Source: Eledone cirrhosa (Eukaryota). From it: a DNA stretch of 64,000 nt. Positions within the stretch are counted from its first letter, which is position 1. Each line of letters begins with the position of its first letter. Location: positions 28,334,001 through 28,398,000 of the forward strand of contig OZ024757.1 in assembly GCA_964016885.1 (NCBI GenBank). The letters run 5' to 3'. Under the pieces are notes generated by a model. The model searched no databases, was not told where the DNA came from, and worked only from the letters and a program-made list of their open reading frames with translations. Position numbers and translations under genes: made by a program. Below, piece by piece: positions 1-12,067 of this stretch.

Positions 1-2579
1 CCCTCTGCGCAATTGAAAGAGCTAGTAGTTTGTGGGCACTTGCTGCTACTTATTGCACCAGAGCACCGGCCACATGTAAAATCTATGTTCTTAGTTAGCC
101 TACCTGTGATCCCACTACATCTTTTATGCACCCATACTTTGCATTTAGGACATAAAATGGAGTTTCTACCTACGCCTTTCCTACACACCGAGCACGACCA
201 TTTCCCAGAAGGGACCGCCGCCTTGTTTTCTTTCCTACAAACTAGTACTTTGGTCTTAGCCAGGTTAATTTTAAGTCCTTTTGACTCTAGGCCGTGCTTC
301 CATGTTTGGAATTTCTTCTCTAGCTCGGCCATTGATTCCGCTATGAGTGTCAGGTCGTCTGCGTATAGGAGTTCCCATGGGCAGCCTGTCTTGAACTCCT
401 CTGTTATGGCCTGAAGGGCAATAATAAATAGTAGTGGACTGAGAACAGAGCCCTGATGGACGCCGACTTTTACGCTAAACTCTTCACTATATTCGTTGTT
501 AATTCTAACCTTGCTGACTGTTTCTTTATACATGGCTTGTATAGCCCTCACAAGCCATTCGTCAACGCCTAGTTTTCTAAGAGCCCACCAGATAATGGAG
601 CGGGGGACTCTGTCGAAGGCTTTCTCCAAGTCGACAAAAGCTAAGTAGAGGGGTTTACCTTTAGCTAGGTACTTCTCTTGTAGTTGTCGTACTATGAAAA
701 GAGCGTCTGTGGTACTTTTGCCTGACACAAACCCGAACTGCATTTCATCTAGGTCAATTCTCTCTCTGATTAGTTGCGCTATTACTCTTTCCGTGACCTT
801 CATGACCTGGTCGATTAATTTAATGCCTCTATAGTTACTCCTATCTAGGGCGTCTCCTTTACCCTTATAACAGTTAACGATGATGCTGCTATGCCAGTCC
901 TTCGGAACAACCCCGTTTTGTACGACTTGGTTAACTATGCGGGTGACCATGGTGTGTCCCACCGTGCCAGATGCCTTCAGCATCTCAGCAACTATTTCCG
1001 AAGGCCCAGCCGCCTTACCAGTCTTCATATCCTTGATTGCCTTACTTATTATACTCCCCTCGACTAACACTGCTGGTCCCTCTATTGGGTCGATATGGGG
1101 GAGACTGCCTTTCTCCCAATTATTCTCCTCATTTAGAAGCCTTTCATAGTGACACTTCCAAGCTACCTTCTTATCAGCGTCGGTGATGGCAAGTGTGCCA
1201 TCGTCGTTTAGTACACACTTCTCCCCGACAATATCACGGTTTTCCTTGACGCATTGCCTAGCAATCCTGAACACCTCACGTTTTTGGTCATCGCGTTGTA
1301 GAACATGCTTGAACTTTCTTTCCTCAGCTTCCCTTCTTGCTAAGTACACTTGTCTCCTAGCTTCCCTCCTGGCCACTTGATAGTCCTCTCTACTTCCCCC
1401 ATCCCGCCATACTTTCCAAGCCTGCTTTTTGGCCTTAATTGACCCCTCCACCTTACTGTTCCACCACCATGTTACTCTCCTCCTGCCTACAGGCCTGCTC
1501 CAGCCACAGACCTCGTCTGTCGCCAACAGCAGGTTTGCTTTCAGAAATTCCCACTCTCCCTCTATATTGTCCGACTCTAAATGTTCTTCCTTACTGTCGA
1601 AAGCATCAAGTAATATGCTTTGAAATTTATTCCTGGCTGTGGGGTCCTTTAACTTCCATATTTTCCTCCTGAGGATAGTCCTCTTCTGTTGTCGAGTACG
1701 TCTCGTCCTGACTATGAGGTCGCTAATTATCAGTCTATGTTGGGAGGTGCATTCTTCATGGGGGAGGGATTTAGTGTTAACAACAGACACTCTGTCACGT
1801 CTTCTGGTAAGGATATAATCTACCTGGCTTGTGTGTTCCCCGGATCTATAGGTGATCAGGTGATTGTCACGTTTTTTGAAGTTAGTGTTACAGATAGTTA
1901 GGTTATTTGCATCACAGAATTCCAGGATTCTGGAGCCTTCCTCATTTCTAGTACCAAACCCATAGCCTCCATGGATTTCGTCGTAGCCGTCACAATGTTG
2001 TCCAACGTGACCATTTAGGTCGCCTGCGATAATTATATAGTCACTGTCGGATATTTGGGAGGTAGTTAGCATCAGTGTCTCATAGAATCTGTCTTTTATA
2101 GTGCCGGGCAGTCCGGATTGGGGTGCGTACGCAGATATTACTGTCACCGTAGTTCTATTGAGGACAAGTCGTATTTTAATTATTCTGTCGTTCACTCTAT
2201 TTACGTCTATTATCTTATCTGCCCACTTTTCTGCTACCATGATTCCTACTCCACCCAGCCCATCGTCGTTTCCCACCCAGAAAAGCTTATAACAACGTTT
2301 TTTACCCTCAATGAACCTAGCAGACCCACCCCTCCACCTGGTCTCTTGAATACAACAAACATCGACCTCCTTACGTTCAAGCATTTCTACAACCTCGTTA
2401 GCGCGACCCTTTAGGGTGCCTACATTTATGGTACCAACTCTGAAGTTTTGGATTGCGTTTGGGGGTTGGGGGCGGTGAGGGGCGGGGGGCGATGGGGTTA
2501 TGTTAGCCGTCCGCGGTCGAAACAATGAGGAGTGCTCGCATTCTCGTCCAAGGGGTGAATTTGTCTTTATCTTTGGCAT
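1..2579 (-). CDS. RTE-clade non-LTR retrotransposon ORF (APE endonuclease + reverse transcriptase + PHD finger), 3' end beyond the window
   Basis: Hand translation from the ATG at 2579 gives 859 codons with no stop to the window edge. APE motifs: [53 protein letters not shown]. Linker TWWWN. RT motifs: [64 protein letters not shown]. Confidence 0.96.
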   Translation of the reverse strand, partial: MPKIKTNSPLGRECEHSSLFRPRTANITPSPPAPHRPQPPNAIQNFRVGTINVGTLKGRANEVVEMLERKEVDVCCIQETRWRGGSARFIEGKKRCYKLFWVGNDDGLGGVGIMVAEKWADKIIDVNRVNDRIIKIRLVLNRTTVTVISAYAPQSGLPGTIKDRFYETLMLTTSQISDSDYIIIAGDLNGHVGQHCDGYDEIHGGYGFGTRNEEGSRILEFCDANNLTICNTNFKKRDNHLITYRSGEHTSQVDYILTRRRDRVSVVNTKSLPHEECTSQHRLIISDLIVRTRRTRQQKRTILRRKIWKLKDPTARNKFQSILLDAFDSKEEHLESDNIEGEWEFLKANLLLATDEVCGWSRPVGRRRVTWWWNSKVEGSIKAKKQAWKVWRDGGSREDYQVARREARRQVYLARREAEERKFKHVLQRDDQKREVFRIARQCVKENRDIVGEKCVLNDDGTLAITDADKKVAWKCHYERLLNEENNWEKGSLPHIDPIEGPAVLVEGSIISKAIKDMKTGKAAGPSEIVAEMLKASGTVGHTMVTRIVNQVVQNGVVPKDWHSSIIVNCYKGKGDALDRSNYRGIKLIDQVMKVTERVIAQLIRERIDLDEMQFGFVSGKSTTDALFIVRQLQEKYLAKGKPLYLAFVDLEKAFDRVPRSIIWWALRKLGVDEWLVRAIQAMYKETVSKVRINNEYSEEFSVKVGVHQGSVLSPLLFIIALQAITEEFKTGCPWELLYADDLTLIAESMAELEKKFQTWKHGLESKGLKINLAKTKVLVCRKENKAAVPSGKWSCSVCRKGVGRNSILCPKCKVWVHKRCSGITGRLTKNIDFTCGRCSGAISSSKCPQTTSSFNCAE

Positions 2580-2650
2580 TGTCGCTGAGCGTCCAGATTT
2601 TTCTCTCTCACCTCCACTCTCCAGGATTCCGCAGTCCATCCATCCATCAT
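1..2650 (-). mobile_element. RTE LINE with apparently intact 5' end abutting a (TA)n tract
   Basis: ORF above plus about 70 bp of unique leader (2580-2650) that ends directly in (TA)n. Confidence 0.9.
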
Positions 2651-3348
2651 ATATCGTATATATATATATATATATATAATTATATATATGTAAATGTATG
2701 TGTGTATGTATATATATATATATATAATTAAATATATGTAAATGTATGTATGCGTGTGTATGTATATATATATATATAAATATGTGTGTGTGTGTGTACT
2801 TATATGTATGTATGTGTGTATATATGCATGTATATGTATGTATGTGTGTATATATGCATATAAATGTATGTATGTGTGTATATATGCATATATGTGTATG
2901 TATACGTGTGTATATATTAAATATATGTATGTGTATATATGCATGTATATGTATGTATGTATATATATGTATGTACATGTGTATATATGCATGTATATGT
3001 ATGTACATGCATATATAAACCTGTATATACATGAAGAAAGATGGAGAGATTTCTATGTGTGTATGTATATGTGGTGTGTGTATGCCCACACACATATAGA
3101 AATATACATAACTAAATAAATAAATATATATATATATATATATTTATAATTTTTTTTTTTCTCACTCAAAATACTTCCCGCTATCCATTCCGAACAGCAT
3201 CCATTTACACTGTAACTTTTATTCAACAAAGATTGCTTCCAAAGAGAAATTTCTTTAAAAGCTATCTGCTTACATTACAGACTTCTGTACATACCATCTG
3301 CAAGAGTAATTTTAGAAAAATATCTTCCTAAATTAATAAATATATAAA

Positions 3349-3389
<41 letters not shown>

Positions 3390-3508
3390 TTGTATGTATA
3401 TGTATGTTTGTATATATATATGTATATATATATATATGTGTGTATGTTTGTATGTATATATATATATGTATGTGTATGTATGTTTGTATGTATGTGTATA
3501 TATATCTG

Positions 3509-3543
<35 letters not shown>

Positions 3544-4709
3544 TATAATGTGAGACAAAACAGTAATCAATATATAAACTAACAAGTTAATATATACAAA
3601 AACAAAGAATAATAAATAAATAAAATAAGTTAACATACAAAAGCAATATAAATTTTTTTAAAATCTAAAATGATTTTCTATTTTCACTTTTTTTTCTTCT
3701 GTTTTTTATTTCTTTTCATAATTTTAACTATTTCTGTATATAAACAGTTTTGTTCTGAATATATATGTGTGTATGTGTGTGTGTGTATATATATATAAAT
3801 ACATGTGTGTGTATGTATATATAATGATGTAAATAAAAAATATATATATACATATGTATGTATACATCTGTGTGTGTGTATATATATGTGTGTGTAATGG
3901 TGTATATATATATATGTGTGTGTAATGGTGTATATATATATGTAAATAAAAAATATATTCATACATGTGCATGCATATGTGTATGTATATATCTATGTGT
4001 GTGTGTCAATTCAAAATGTATATATATTCTAATTGATATTTTATGTTTTCCAAATATTTCTTTTCATTTGTCGAAGAATAAAATTATAGAGAATGGTGAA
4101 GAAAAATGGCTTTTATTAAAAAATATATATAAAAAGAAATGATTTGTTTCTTGTTAGGCAAAAGTTTTTGTAAAGGAAGTTTATTACTGGTACTTATTTT
4201 ACTGCTCTCTCTCTCTCTCTCTTGATTTCCTTTTTTTCTCTCTCGTTTCTCTTTCTTTCTTGCTTGCTCTCTCTCTCTTGTTTTCCTTTCACTCTTCTCC
4301 TCCTTTCCCTCTCTATCTTTCACACATTTTCTAGCTTCCTACTCACACCCTTATGTGAAAAGAGAAAGACAAACTGAAGCTGAGCTTGTAGTTTGAACAT
4401 AAGACAGACAAAGCAGCAAATGAAGATACAAGTGGCCTAGTGGTTAGGGTGTTGAACTCACGATCATAAAGCTTGGTGGCACATTGTGTTTTTGAGCATA
4501 ACTGATAACTAAAATTATGATTATTTTTTTATTACTCTTTAGCCAACAAGGGCACAGTAGTGCCTATGATCCTTTTCATGATGTTTGTGACTGCTGCTTG
4601 TAACAGAGTGGACTCTGTTAAAGGTACCCAAAGACCTGGTGGTGGTGTTAAAGCAGACAATTGGTGAATCCCCCCCCCCCCCATTTCTTCTGTAGGGTGA
4701 AAGGCATCC

Positions 4710-4938
4710 TCAACCCTTTAGCATTTACATTCCTATATATTTACTATTATATTTTCATGGTAAAGGCTTTACCTCACATGATTATCTCACATAATATCGA
4801 ATCTATGATATTTTGATATTATTTATTTTGAGAACTATACCTTAACATCAGTATGAGCAGCCAGTTATAGCCAGTTTGAGCAGAAAGAGGTGAAAGAATT
4901 CTGGCCGGATTCGACTGGTTTAAATGCTAAAGGGTTAA
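4710..4938 (+). mobile_element. piggyBac-type MITE, copy 1
   Basis: TIRs CCCTTTAGCATTTA...TAAATGCTAAAGGG flanked by TCAA/TTAA. The ~220-bp body recurs 7 times in the window. Confidence 0.85.
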
Positions 4939-5537
4939 AGGTAGCCAAGGTCCTAGTGGAGGTATTAAATTGGGTGCCTCTTTAAGTGTGCCACCCAAGA
5001 TAAACCCCATTATATTATCAGAATATCACTAACACCACCTTCACCACCATCATTATAATAGCCTGAGGTAGTTCAATTGATATTAAGCTTCAGCTGTAAA
5101 AACCAAATTCTCTGATGTATGTTCGAGAAACCATTCTGACTGAATGTTATCTATGATTATTATTATTATTATTAGTAGTAGTAGTAGTAGTAGTAGTAGT
5201 GTTAGTAGTAGTGGTAATGGTGGTGGTGGTGGTGGTCTACTGTTTTCCATTTTTAGTTAATTGCTGAGGAACAGTAACAGAAACAAAAACAGTAAAAACA
5301 ACAGCAACAACAACAACACCACCAGTAGTAACTGTTGCTGCCCTTAATTGACAAATCACCTACTTTAGCAATTCTTGCAGAAATAAATAAATGAATAAAA
5401 AATAAATAATAAATAGTATAATAAATATAAATACATAGATAAATAAATACATACAACATAAATAAATAGATAAAACCTGCGCAATTCTTTCAACAGATTA
5501 TTAATACCAATACCAGCATCTACTATGTAATCCCACT

Positions 5538-5587
<50 letters not shown>

Positions 5588-5742
5588 TCAAACTAATGTT
5601 TTTTTATGGCTTATATTTATGCTTTTGTTTTGTTGGGGTTGTTTTTTTTTCATTATACTTTTGTTCTACTTTTTTTAAAAGTTTCTTTCACCATTTTATG
5701 TCTCTTCTTTGCTGATGCCACAAATATATATATGTGTGTGTA

Positions 5743-5902
5743 GATGCAGGCATGGCTATGTGGTTAAAGAGCTCGCTGTGCAGCTATGTGATTCTGGGTT
5801 TTGACCTAGTGCAAGATACCTTGAGCATGTGTCTTCTGCTGTCTCCTGAGGTTAACCAATGACCCATGAGGGAAATTTTGTAGATAGAAACTACTGACTA
5901 TC
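5743..5902 (+). mobile_element. tRNA-derived SINE family D, diverged
   Basis: TGGCTATGTGGTTAA head, then ACCTTGAGCATGTGTCTTCT and GAAATTTTGTAGATAGAAAC; a related copy lies at ~22110-22262 (-). Confidence 0.55.
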
Positions 5903-6253
5903 ATATAAATATATATATATATATATTATAAAGCACTGGGAGAATTTGAAATGTGAAAACATGAGCATCCCAATGCAGAAATTACTATTATAATAGTCAA
6001 TCTCTGAGAAAATTTGGTACAGAAACCCTGCATTTATTGAGTGCCAGGTCAGCACATTAGCCATTATTCTAAGGAGACACTGACAATTAATTCAGTCTTT
6101 TAAGAATATGATAAGCTGGTAGCTAGAAATATAAACAAACTTCAATTATCAAGAACTGGGAGAGTTCTCCCAGCAATTCATTAAGTCAAAAGTTTGTTCA
6201 CATTTTATGCACAGGACATTGATCAGCTCAAGGCTCTTGTATAAGACATTTGT

Positions 6254-6439
6254 TTAACCCTTTAGCATTTACATTACTCTATATTTACATAATTTTCTCA
6301 CATAATATCAGATCTACAACATTTTGATGTTATTTATTTTGAAAACAATACATTAACATCAGTATGAGTGGCTGGTTACAGCCAGTTTGAACAGAAAGAG
6401 GTGAGAGAATTATGGCCGGTTTAAATTCTAAAGGGTTAA
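6254..6439 (+). mobile_element. piggyBac-type MITE, copy 2 (nested in an older SINE remnant)
   Basis: TTAA-CCCTTTAGCATTTA...TAAATTCTAAAGGG-TTAA with the same internal sequence as copy 1. Confidence 0.85.
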
Positions 6440-6504
6440 CTAACCAAGATGTGTACATGGTTGTGAGGTGAAATTCTTAACCACTCAGTCAAGCTTTTAA
6501 TAAT

Positions 6505-6715
6505 GATTTCTAATTTTGGAACAAGGTCAGTAATTATAGGGAAAGTCAATTATATCAATCTCAGTATTTGACTGGTACTTCCTTTTATCAACTCCTGAAA
6601 GATGAAAGGCAAAGTTAATCTTACCATGATTTGAACTCAGAATGTAAAAGGCCGTAACTAAATGCTGCAAAGCATTTTGTTCGACTCTCTAATGACTCTA
6701 CCAATCCACTGCCCT
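6505..6715 (-). mobile_element. SINE family A, older diverged copy
   Basis: GATGAAAGGCAAAGTTAA...GATTTGAACTCAG core recognisable. Confidence 0.7.
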
Positions 6716-7621
6716 CAAAACTTCAATGATAATGATAAAAATAAAAACTGAACAGTATCTTTCTCTCTGGCCAACATCGAAGACTCTCTTGAATTGCTGG
6801 CAGTTCTGGAAACAAAGCCGAAGCATAGGAAGCTGTAATTCTATACTGAAGAACAAGGATGTTCATCAGATATTCAACAACAGTAGATTGCCAGAAATAA
6901 ATAAATGAATAAATAGAAATATAGAAATAAATATAAATATATAAATATATAAATATATAAATGAAAAATAAACACAAATAGATGATGCACACACAGATAC
7001 ATAACATATACACGCACACACACACACACACACACATATACATACAGAAATACACAAACACACATGTACACATACATATACACATTATACATACACACAC
7101 ACACACACAATCACAAGCAAACAAAAAATAAAAAGTAAACCATAAAAAAAAAGAAAGGAACGAAGGAAGAAAGGAATATATATGAACCGAACTAAAACTG
7201 CAACATGTGACTAAGGTTATCTTTAACTAGACAAACCATTCCGAGAAAGGGAAGAAGAAGAGGAAGAGGAAGGAAAAGAAAAGCTCGGCCTATAATTATC
7301 TTGCACGCCACTAGATAAAAAAAACAACAAAATACATATAAAACATTGAAAACAAGAGGAAACAAAACCAAACCAAAGAAAAGAAAGAGCAATAATGAGC
7401 AAAGCATAGCGAGATTATTCAATTGCTATGGAATGGTATCAAGAGGACGGTGGCTGGCGTTAAACTATCAGTAGTGGTGATATCGCCATATTTCCAGCAC
7501 TCTGGCTAAGACTAAATAACGTTGTTGGTTGCCACTACAACCAGTCTGTGTATATGTATATATATATATGTATGTGTATATATACGTTATATATATATGT
7601 ATATGTATATATATATGAATG

Positions 7622-7680
<59 letters not shown>

Positions 7681-7721
7681 GAATGTACATATATGTATAT
7701 ATATATAAATGTACATATATG

Positions 7722-7754
<33 letters not shown>

Positions 7755-7814
7755 GAATGTATATATATGTATATATATATATATATACATATATATGAAT
7801 GTATATATATATAT

Positions 7815-8116
7815 AAAGGTTGTGAGTTCAATTCTCAGACCGGGTGATGTGTTGTTTCCTTGAGCAAGACACTTTATTTCACATTGCTCCAGTTTACTCA
7901 GCTGTAGAAATGAGATGATAGGGACTGGGATCCCTATCATTCCACTGCAAAGTGGACGTGTAGGCGCCACGGCAAAAAAGCACCCAGGACTCACTGTAAA
8001 TGAGGTTGGTGTTAGGAAGGGCATCCAGCTGTGGAAATCAAGTCAAAATCAGTTTCCGTCCCACCTTTGCAAGCAGGGAAAAGTGGACGTAAAATGAAAT
8101 GATGATGAAATGATGA
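7815..8116 (+). mobile_element. SINE family B, 5'-truncated
   Basis: Starts just before box B, otherwise matches the 45271 copy. Confidence 0.88.
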
Positions 8117-8158
8117 TATGAATGTATATATATATATATATATATATGTATATGTGTA

Positions 8159-8195
<37 letters not shown>

Positions 8196-8200
<5 letters not shown>

Positions 8201-8335
8201 AAAAAGTATGACCCCAACGGCAGAGCTCAAGCCGTTGGGGTCATACATTTTCCTATTTCCCACTCTACTACCCTAAGTATTGAGTACTCTGGTGCGTTAT
8301 GGTCCATTTGGTTCCTTACCACAATTCCTTTGTTA
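8196..8335 (+). mobile_element. Fold-back + tail element (short)
   Basis: 26-bp arms 8196-8221 / 8231-8256, then tail CACTCTACTACCCTAAGTATTGAGTACTCTG; (TA)n on both sides. Confidence 0.7.
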
Positions 8336-8359
8336 TATATATATTTATATATATATACA

Positions 8360-8808
8360 TACATTGATATTATATAAATGGAATCTATATTTATAAAACC
8401 ATATTTATTCTATTATATTCAAGGGTACCAAAATTTTGGTACGGTATCATCAGATAAAATACAAAATGTTTTATAAATATTTGACATAACCAAGGATAAT
8501 ATACCTTAACAGTTCAAGTTATCCCTGGAAAGTGGATAAGATGACTTTCCAGGGATAACTGAACCATTAAGGTATATTATCCTTGGTTATGTCAAATATT
8601 TATAAAACATTTTGTATTTTATCTGATGATACCAAACTTTTGGTACCCTTGAAATATATATAATAGAATAAATTTGGTTTTATAAATATAGTTTCCATTT
8701 ATTTAATATCAATGTATATTATACTCCAGAAACTGTTGAGTGCTCTAAATCAGTTATAAGCATTTATATTTGTTGAATTACCAACAAATTGAATATCCCT
8801 TCTGCTTA
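8360..8808 (+). mobile_element. Fold-back + tail element with hammerhead-like core (putative Penelope-like remnant)
   Basis: ~173-bp arms 8360-8533 / 8544-8716, tail ATACTCCAGAAACTGTTGAGTGCTCT; CTGATGA at 8623 and GAAA at 8651. Confidence 0.75.
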
Positions 8809-9108
8809 TATATATATATATATATGTGTGTGTGTGAATGTATATGTGTATATATATATATGAATGTATATGTATATATGTATATATGTATATATATATA
8901 TGTATATATATATATATAAATATATATAGGAAAAATATATATAGGAAAACGGAGGTAAAGAGGTGAAGATGATGATACACATATATAGACACATGCATAT
9001 ATATATATATATATATATATAAATATATATATATATATGCATGTGTCTATATATGTGTATCATCATCTTCACCTCTTTACCTCCGTTTTCCTTACATATA
9101 TATATGTG

Positions 9109-9179
<71 letters not shown>

Positions 9180-9194
9180 GTATATATATATATG

Positions 9195-9230
<36 letters not shown>

Positions 9231-9286
9231 TATGTGTATATATATATATGTATATGTATATATATGTATATATACATATATATTTT

Positions 9287-9319
<33 letters not shown>

Positions 9320-9655
9320 ATGTCTGTGTGTGTGCAGCAGTACAACAGTTGTTGTGGGGAGGATTAGCTTTTTATTGCAGAGACAATTTATCTTTGCTTA
9401 ATCTTTTAATCCCCCTTGATGTGGGGGTGGCATAGATTTATTACATTATAATATACATCCATCTACTTTGTGTACATGTTTCAAATGTGTATATACATAT
9501 ATATATGTTTCCATGTATACACACACCCACACACACACACACACACACATCAGCCAGATCCATACAAGGACCATGATTCGAGCTACATGCCGGCGAAACA
9601 TTTGTAACACGAAATAAACTAAGTCCAGATGCATCACTGATTTTTCATTTCCTTT

Positions 9656-9699
<44 letters not shown>

Positions 9700-9702
<3 letters not shown>

Positions 9703-9899
9703 TTTTAGTATATGTTGGTTGTTTACCTACACCTCAGTATGCAGATTGGAGCACTCGACGAAGTGCGCAGGTTGGTGTGGTTACTCCGGAGTAATGTAAA
9801 ATAAAATAAATAAGTCAAATATTTAAAATTTGGCTTCGTTTATTAAAGGTGTACTGCTAATAAACGAAGCCAAATTTTAAATATTTGACTTATTTATTT

Positions 9900-9906
<7 letters not shown>
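9700..9906 (-). mobile_element. Fold-back + tail element
   Basis: 49-bp arms 9797-9845 / 9858-9906; minus-strand tail CATTACTCCGGAGTAA...TCGAGTGCTCC; (TA)n flanks. Confidence 0.7.
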
Positions 9907-9953
<47 letters not shown>

Positions 9954-10060
9954 CAGTTCTATATGAGCAGGACACGGTCACCTGACCCAACTTGTCTCAA
10001 ATGGGACAACCCATCTAACCCATGTTAGCGTGGAAAGTGGAGGTTAAATGATGATGATGA

Positions 10061-10109
<49 letters not shown>

Positions 10110-10707
10110 TGTACACATATATGTATATATATCATCATCATTTTAAGAATACTTTTCCATGCTTACATGGTTTGGCTGAGTGTGTATGCCACAGTGTTTT
10201 ACAACTGAATACCATTCCTGATGCCAACCTTTTTAGTCATTTCTTACAACACACAGAGTTACAGTTTACCTATTTGAAAAAAGCTGATACCTCTCTTTAC
10301 ACAGGTTTAGATATGTTTTCACACTCAGTTTTACACCTTGAGTATTTCATTCTTAATAACACACACACAGAAATATATATCATCATCATCATCCTCACCA
10401 TCATCGTTTAACATCTACTTTCCACGCTAGCATGGGTTAGACGGGTTTGCCCCATTAGAGGCAAATTGGGTCAGGTCTTGCTCATATAGGACTGTCTTGC
10501 TCATATAGGACTGTTTCAGGATAGATTTCTATGGCTGGATGCCCTTTCTAATGCAAACCAGCTTGTGGATGGGATGTAGTGGGTACATTTCATCATGGCA
10601 GCACTTACTTCTGGCCCCAGCATTAGTAAGGTCATTATGACCTCTGCCTTCTAACGAACGGCAGTAATGGGAGAGAACATGACAGAAAAGGCACTGTGAT
10701 TAGAACG

Positions 10708-10750
<43 letters not shown>

Positions 10751-10753
<3 letters not shown>

Positions 10754-10948
10754 GGCAACACGGTAAAAACCTCCCAGCCCCACACTGTAAATGTGGTTGG
10801 TGTTAGGAAGGGCATCCAGCTGTAGAAAACCCGCCAGATAGTCCTATGCGAGCAAGATAATCACTCTTGCCTCAAGTGGGAAAACTCCCGTCCAAACCCA
10901 TGCAAGCGTGGAACACGGACGTTAAACGTTGATGATGATGATGATGAT
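10751..10948 (+). mobile_element. RTE 3' UTR fragment
   Basis: Matches the reverse complement of 44817-45012. Shorter relatives lie at 9955-10062 (+), 10404-10610 (-), 15895-15985 (+), 28445-28667 (+), 32085-32185 (-), 60775-60860 (+) and 63900-64000 (+). Confidence 0.75.
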
Positions 10949-10960
10949 ATATATATATAG

Positions 10961-11146
10961 TTGTATTCTACTTTTGGCACAAGGCCAGCAAATACCCAGT
11001 ACATTACTGGTACTTTATTTTATTGACCCCGTAAGGATGAAAGGAAAAGTTAACCTTGACGGGATTTGAACTCAGACCGTAAAGGGCCGTAACTCTATGC
11101 TGTAAATCATGACGTCCGACCCTCTACCGACACAGCCAATTCACCG
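10961..11146 (-). mobile_element. SINE family A
   Basis: Reverse complement of the 13526 copy. Confidence 0.85.
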
Positions 11147-11269
11147 ATAGTAAAACGTCTGATTATATGTATACGATTGCAACAGTTTAGGCATGCTTGT
11201 TGATCTACCAGTTCTGTGATCTAAATTTACCTGTAATTCTGTTGTATTGTGTTGGATCTTTGTTGGTTC

Positions 11270-11582
11270 AGATGATGAGTGCTCCAGTTGTTTGACCAAT
11301 GGAATTGCCTGCCTGTCAAATTAACATGCCTATGGCTGGGTATTCCACAGACACATTTACTGTTAACATAGTTAGTTCTCAGGGAAATTTAACATGATAC
11401 AGTTTGCAACAAGGCTGGTCCTTTGAATAACAAATACCACTCATTTTTTACCAACTGAGTGGACTGAAGCAACAGGAAATATATTATCTTCATCAAGGAC
11501 ATAAAGCGCGACACAGTTTAGGAATCAAATTCACGACCTTACAACCATGATGCAAACACCCTAACCACTATGCCACACCCTT
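11270..11582 (-). mobile_element. tRNA-derived SINE family C (CORE-like plus Nin/Deu-like domain), diverged
   Basis: tRNA-like head (CCCTAACCACTATGCC on +) and CORE-like CTGAGTGGACTG. Body AAATTAAC...TGGCTG...CACAGACA recurs at 29190; the Nin-domain resemblance is from memory. Confidence 0.65.
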
Positions 11583-11659
11583 CTGCAATACATATGCACA
11601 AACATGTGAACACAGGTAAGAAGTTTGCTTTACAAACATATTTCCAGCTTGATCCCAAC

Positions 11660-11785
11660 AAAGGATTTTTAACTTGTATATAATCACAAAATTTGCTACA
11701 TGATCTTTGCCTAAAGTTTTCCACAAAACTTTAGGCAAAGATCATGTAGCAAATTTTGTGATTATATACAAGTTAAAAATCCTTT
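11660..11785. repeat. Perfect inverted repeat, 61-bp arms, 4-nt loop
   Basis: 11660-11720 is the exact reverse complement of 11725-11785; loop CCAC. Confidence 0.95.
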
Positions 11786-12067
11786 ATCAGAAATTAACCA
11801 AATCACAAAGTTTTTTTCTAGTGCTGACTTGATATATAAACATTTATATAAGACTACCTTCGTTGTATAAGTAATTTATATGGATTTCCTTCAGTGAGTA
11901 TATATAAGCTGTATTTTGATTAGTAATTTTCTTAGAGTAAAAGTCTAAGTTTTTCAGCTTAGCAAACTGTAAGTTGAAATGATTGTCTGTGTACCTAAAT
12001 GAGTCAAACCCCTGGTCCTTGTCCTGCAAGGTGAAAGCAACACAATGTATAGAATTGATAGGTCTAG

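Noticed and set aside
13-2414. Plus-strand ORFs listed over the first 2.4 kb
   Set aside because: They are antisense shadows of the RTE ORF on the minus strand.
5932-6095. Possible decayed REL-LINE 3' end (AIILRR motif)
   Set aside because: Too degenerate to support by eye; it needs a profile search.
6755-6895. Unique island with CTGATGA on the minus strand, as a hammerhead or exon
   Set aside because: No GAAA follows a pairing stem, and there is no clear splice-site pair.
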